Assembly (NCBI GenBank): GCA_016709225.1
Contig: JADJEE010000012.1
Span: 2,371,630-2,435,629, forward strand
Direction: 5' to 3'
From: Deltaproteobacteria bacterium
Lineage (GTDB): Bacteria; Myxococcota_A; Polyangia; Nannocystales; Nannocystaceae
DNA: 64,000 bases
The notes under the pieces were generated by a model, which did not search any database, was not told where the DNA came from, and saw only the letters and a program-made list of their open reading frames with translations. Of the stretch, positions 61,477-64,000 are shown one piece after another (within the stretch, counting starts at the first letter, position 1; every line of letters begins with the position of its first letter). The position numbers were made by a program, and so were the translations under genes.

Positions 61477-63501
61477 TCACCCAACGCGCCCGATCATCGC
61501 CTCGCCGACCAGCCACGAGGTGGACACTCCGTACGAGCCCTCGGCCCGCAGAAGAACTTTGGCACGGCACCGCTGCCGGGTCGGTTGGTGATCGATGTGG
61601 GCATGAACCTGCACGATCTCGCCTGCGCGAGCAAATGCGATGGCCTGCGTCGACCCGCCCTCGATCGGATGGCGCGTGATCCTGCGGCCGCAACGCATGA
61701 CGAGCTCGAGTGACGCGGACTCGGGCGCGGGTGCCCATAGCGTGAGCTTGCCAATGACGAATGCCGACGAAGCGTCTCGGCTCGGGAGGAACACCGAGAA
61801 GTCGAACGTAGCCGGCGGCTGCGCGGGCTGACGGATTGTCCGCGCTGGCGGTGGCGGCGACACGCACTCACCGGGCGTCATCTCGCCGTTGCGCAGGCAT
61901 ACGCGTGCCAACGGTATCGTCCGCTGTCCCGGTGATACGCCGACGACGGCACCGCGGCACACATGCTCACGAAGACCGGTGTCGGGCTGGATGTGCGCCG
62001 ATAGCCGGACCCATTCGCCGGCATCGAGCGCCACGAACTCATGCTCGACGATCTGAGACTCGACCACTGGCAGTCCAGATTGTGGGCAGCTGGTCAAGAC
62101 GACCAAGTGGTCGGGTGCCGGGGTGCGGCCTGCGGTGACGCCCAGGTCCCACCTGCTGCCGTCCTTCTCGATGTCGACGGACCAAGCATGCGGGCCGATC
62201 ACGGCGCGTGGCGGGCAAGCGCCCGGTTCGCTCGCATCGCGATCGAAGCACACGTCTACGCGGTCGCGAACTGCGGGGGTCAGGCCCGGATCCACGAGCA
62301 GTGTCGTCACGCGACAGCCGATCCCGGATCCGTAGTATCCGACGCGGATGAACAGACGTTGATCGATCGCCACCGTGCCGCCAGCGCGTGGCAGTGCGCC
62401 CGCGGGGATCACTTCCCTCGCTTCGGTGGTGAGCCCTTCGTAGGGTGCATTCGAGCAGGTGGCGTTGACCACGAGTCGCGCGCTCGGTCTGGTGTCGACC
62501 GTCAACCGTGCCGTCGAATGCAATGCAAGAACCTCCGAGGACGCTTGGGGCTCTTGGGACTGCCACACGACCCGCAACCCTTCGATGCCGAGCGCACCGG
62601 GCTCGGGCATGGTGACCTGCGGATCGGCTGCGACATCGACGAACTCGATGTTCCCGTAGGTATCCGTGGCCATCGCACCAACCTCGTCGGCGCCGGCGAC
62701 GAGCGCGGCCTCGGCGAGCGCCGCCAGCTGCTGCCCAGGCACATCGTGGTCGGCCACCAGGATCAGTTGCGCACCGAGATCGCTCGCGCGCGTGGCCGCG
62801 AGGTGCGGCGCGATTGCTGCGATCGCCGCGTCGATCTCGCTGGTATGCAGCGCGGCGTCATCGACACCGACAGTCATGCCGCTTCGCGTGACCCGCATCG
62901 CGATGCCCGCGCCCTGACGGCCTCGGACATCAACGGTGGGCAGTCGCGCCAAGTCGGCGTCGGATAACGCCCAAGGGCTCTGCCACAGCCAGTGGTCGGC
63001 GAGCGCCGCAGCCAGGTCTGGCTCGGCGCCCTGGCGCACCATCTGGTCGTAGGCGGCGAACGTGCTGAGGTGCGACCCGGAGAGCTCGAAGCGGACAGGG
63101 TCGGCAAGTCCGAAGTGACCCAGCTCGCAGGGCTCGTAGGCCGCCCGCCGTGCCTTCGCAGATCCAGCCCCGTTCGCGAAGGCCTGCCTGGCAGCGACGA
63201 GTGAGGCCTCGAAGTCCGCGCACGTCGAGCGCAGCGCGGCGTCGTGCCGGTCGAGGTTGAGAGGGACGTGAAGATGCTCATCCGAGAGAAAGGCCACGGG
63301 CAGTCCGGGACAGGCCTCGTAGGCGATCCGGCCGGCTCGACCCTCGTTGGGGCTCGGACCGAACCACAGCGGGTGTGCCTCGCGCCATGACTCCAGACTC
63401 GCGACACCGGCGCGCAGCGTCGCGTTGGAGCAGGGCTGTGACGGCTGGCAGGCCGCAGCCGCCACGACCGCGCACGCGAGCCATCGTCTCCACCCGATCA
63501 T
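61477..63501 (-). CDS. Large (674 aa) hypothetical lipoprotein
   Basis: MIGWRRWLACAVVAAAACQPSQPC (lipobox). Continuous ORF with moderately lower GC (~62%). Contains scattered Cys pairs. Co-directional with the small low-GC gene downstream. Confidence 0.7.
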   Translation of the reverse strand: MIGWRRWLACAVVAAAACQPSQPCSNATLRAGVASLESWREAHPLWFGPSPNEGRAGRIAYEACPGLPVAFLSDEHLHVPLNLDRHDAALRSTCADFEASLVAARQAFANGAGSAKARRAAYEPCELGHFGLADPVRFELSGSHLSTFAAYDQMVRQGAEPDLAAALADHWLWQSPWALSDADLARLPTVDVRGRQGAGIAMRVTRSGMTVGVDDAALHTSEIDAAIAAIAPHLAATRASDLGAQLILVADHDVPGQQLAALAEAALVAGADEVGAMATDTYGNIEFVDVAADPQVTMPEPGALGIEGLRVVWQSQEPQASSEVLALHSTARLTVDTRPSARLVVNATCSNAPYEGLTTEAREVIPAGALPRAGGTVAIDQRLFIRVGYYGSGIGCRVTTLLVDPGLTPAVRDRVDVCFDRDASEPGACPPRAVIGPHAWSVDIEKDGSRWDLGVTAGRTPAPDHLVVLTSCPQSGLPVVESQIVEHEFVALDAGEWVRLSAHIQPDTGLREHVCRGAVVGVSPGQRTIPLARVCLRNGEMTPGECVSPPPPARTIRQPAQPPATFDFSVFLPSRDASSAFVIGKLTLWAPAPESASLELVMRCGRRITRHPIEGGSTQAIAFARAGEIVQVHAHIDHQPTRQRCRAKVLLRAEGSYGVSTSWLVGEAMIGRVG

Positions 63502-63657
63502 GTCGTCGGTCCGTCCTCAGTTGCGAAGATGCCGCGCACGAGCCTCCGGTTCGCACGAGTGGCGGCGCGAGATCCAGGGCCCGTCGATTCCTCCCGCGAT
63601 CGCACGCGACTGGAGCGAATGATCCGCGAAGACGCCCACGCTCCTGGATGGCGACGC

Positions 63658-64000
63658 TCAGCCCTCGGGCTCGCAGACCGAGCCGCCCTCGATCTGAGCG
63701 TTGGTGCGGAAGGTGTTGAGGTACTGCCAGTGCGGCGGCTCGTGCTGCGGGATGGTGCCGTCCTCGCGCACGTTCGTGACGTGGTAGGTGTGCTGGTTCC
63801 AGATGCGGCGGGCTTGGATCCACCGATCTTGGGCGTCGCGGTACACCTGCACGGTCGGGTGCGCGTCGTTGTGATTGGTGACCACGACGATCTCGGCCGA
63901 GCCGTCGTTGTCGACGTCGGCGACCACGGGGTACTCGATGATCGTGATGCTGCCGCGCGGTGCCATCAGCTGCACGTCACCGCTGAGACCGTCGAAGACC
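63658..64000 (-). CDS. FG-GAP/VCBS-repeat protein, C-terminal fragment (gene continues beyond window end)
   Basis: The minus-strand reading frame is open to position 64000 (…VFDGLSGDVQLMAPRGSITIIEYPVVADVDNDGSAEIVVVTNHNDAHPTVQVYRD…). DVDNDGSAEIVV is an FG-GAP motif. The track lists only the part from an internal GTG. Confidence 0.6.
   Translation of the reverse strand, partial: VFDGLSGDVQLMAPRGSITIIEYPVVADVDNDGSAEIVVVTNHNDAHPTVQVYRDAQDRWIQARRIWNQHTYHVTNVREDGTIPQHEPPHWQYLNTFRTNAQIEGGSVCEPEG

Noticed and set aside
1-64000. tRNA, rRNA or mobile-element (transposase/integrase/IS inverted repeat) search
   Set aside because: No intergenic region is long and structured enough to hold a tRNA cloverleaf that I could recognise by eye, and no ORF shows DDE-transposase, tyrosine-recombinase or phage-structural signatures. 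The lower-GC island at 60.7-63.6 kb has no flanking direct repeats that I could find. Absence is based on reading only, not on tRNAscan or ISfinder.

Overview
Very high-GC (~70%) chromosomal segment, almost certainly from a myxobacterium (Myxococcota): four secreted proteins end in a MYXO-CTERM-type tail (GC…hydrophobic stretch…RRRR), and lipoproteins, Ser/Thr kinase, TPR proteins and Myxococcus Cys-rich repeats are abundant. I call about 55 protein-coding genes at high density on both strands. I found no rRNA, tRNA, CRISPR array, transposase or integrase. Because of the GC content, almost every region carries long spurious ORFs on the opposite strand or in alternative frames. I picked real genes by recognisable domains, signal peptides or lipoboxes, codon usage (GC-rich third positions), and start sites with SD-like motifs. 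Housekeeping anchors are hisG, murA, thioredoxin, pal-ybgF, two ECF sigma factors (one paired with a YciI-like gene), TetR and AraC regulators, and a COG0523 GTPase. Accessory content worth attention: (i) a tight operon of three CgeB/GT1-like glycosyltransferase genes preceded by three small lipoprotein genes; (ii) two tandem GH25 muramidase paralogues with MYXO-CTERM; (iii) a Cys-rich lipoprotein ending in a phage tail-spike-type (Peptidase_S74) intramolecular chaperone domain; (iv) a TolB-like beta-propeller protein with two CxxCH haem motifs and MYXO-CTERM; (v) a fatty-acid cis/trans isomerase (Cti) homologue; (vi) a lower-GC (~57-60%) island near the 3' end encoding an unrecognisable cytoplasmic protein and a large lipoprotein; and (vii) Z-DNA-prone alternating purine/pyrimidine simple repeats flanking a small secreted Lys/Glu-rich protein gene. 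All functional calls come from reading the translated sequence for motifs and need HMM or BLAST confirmation.
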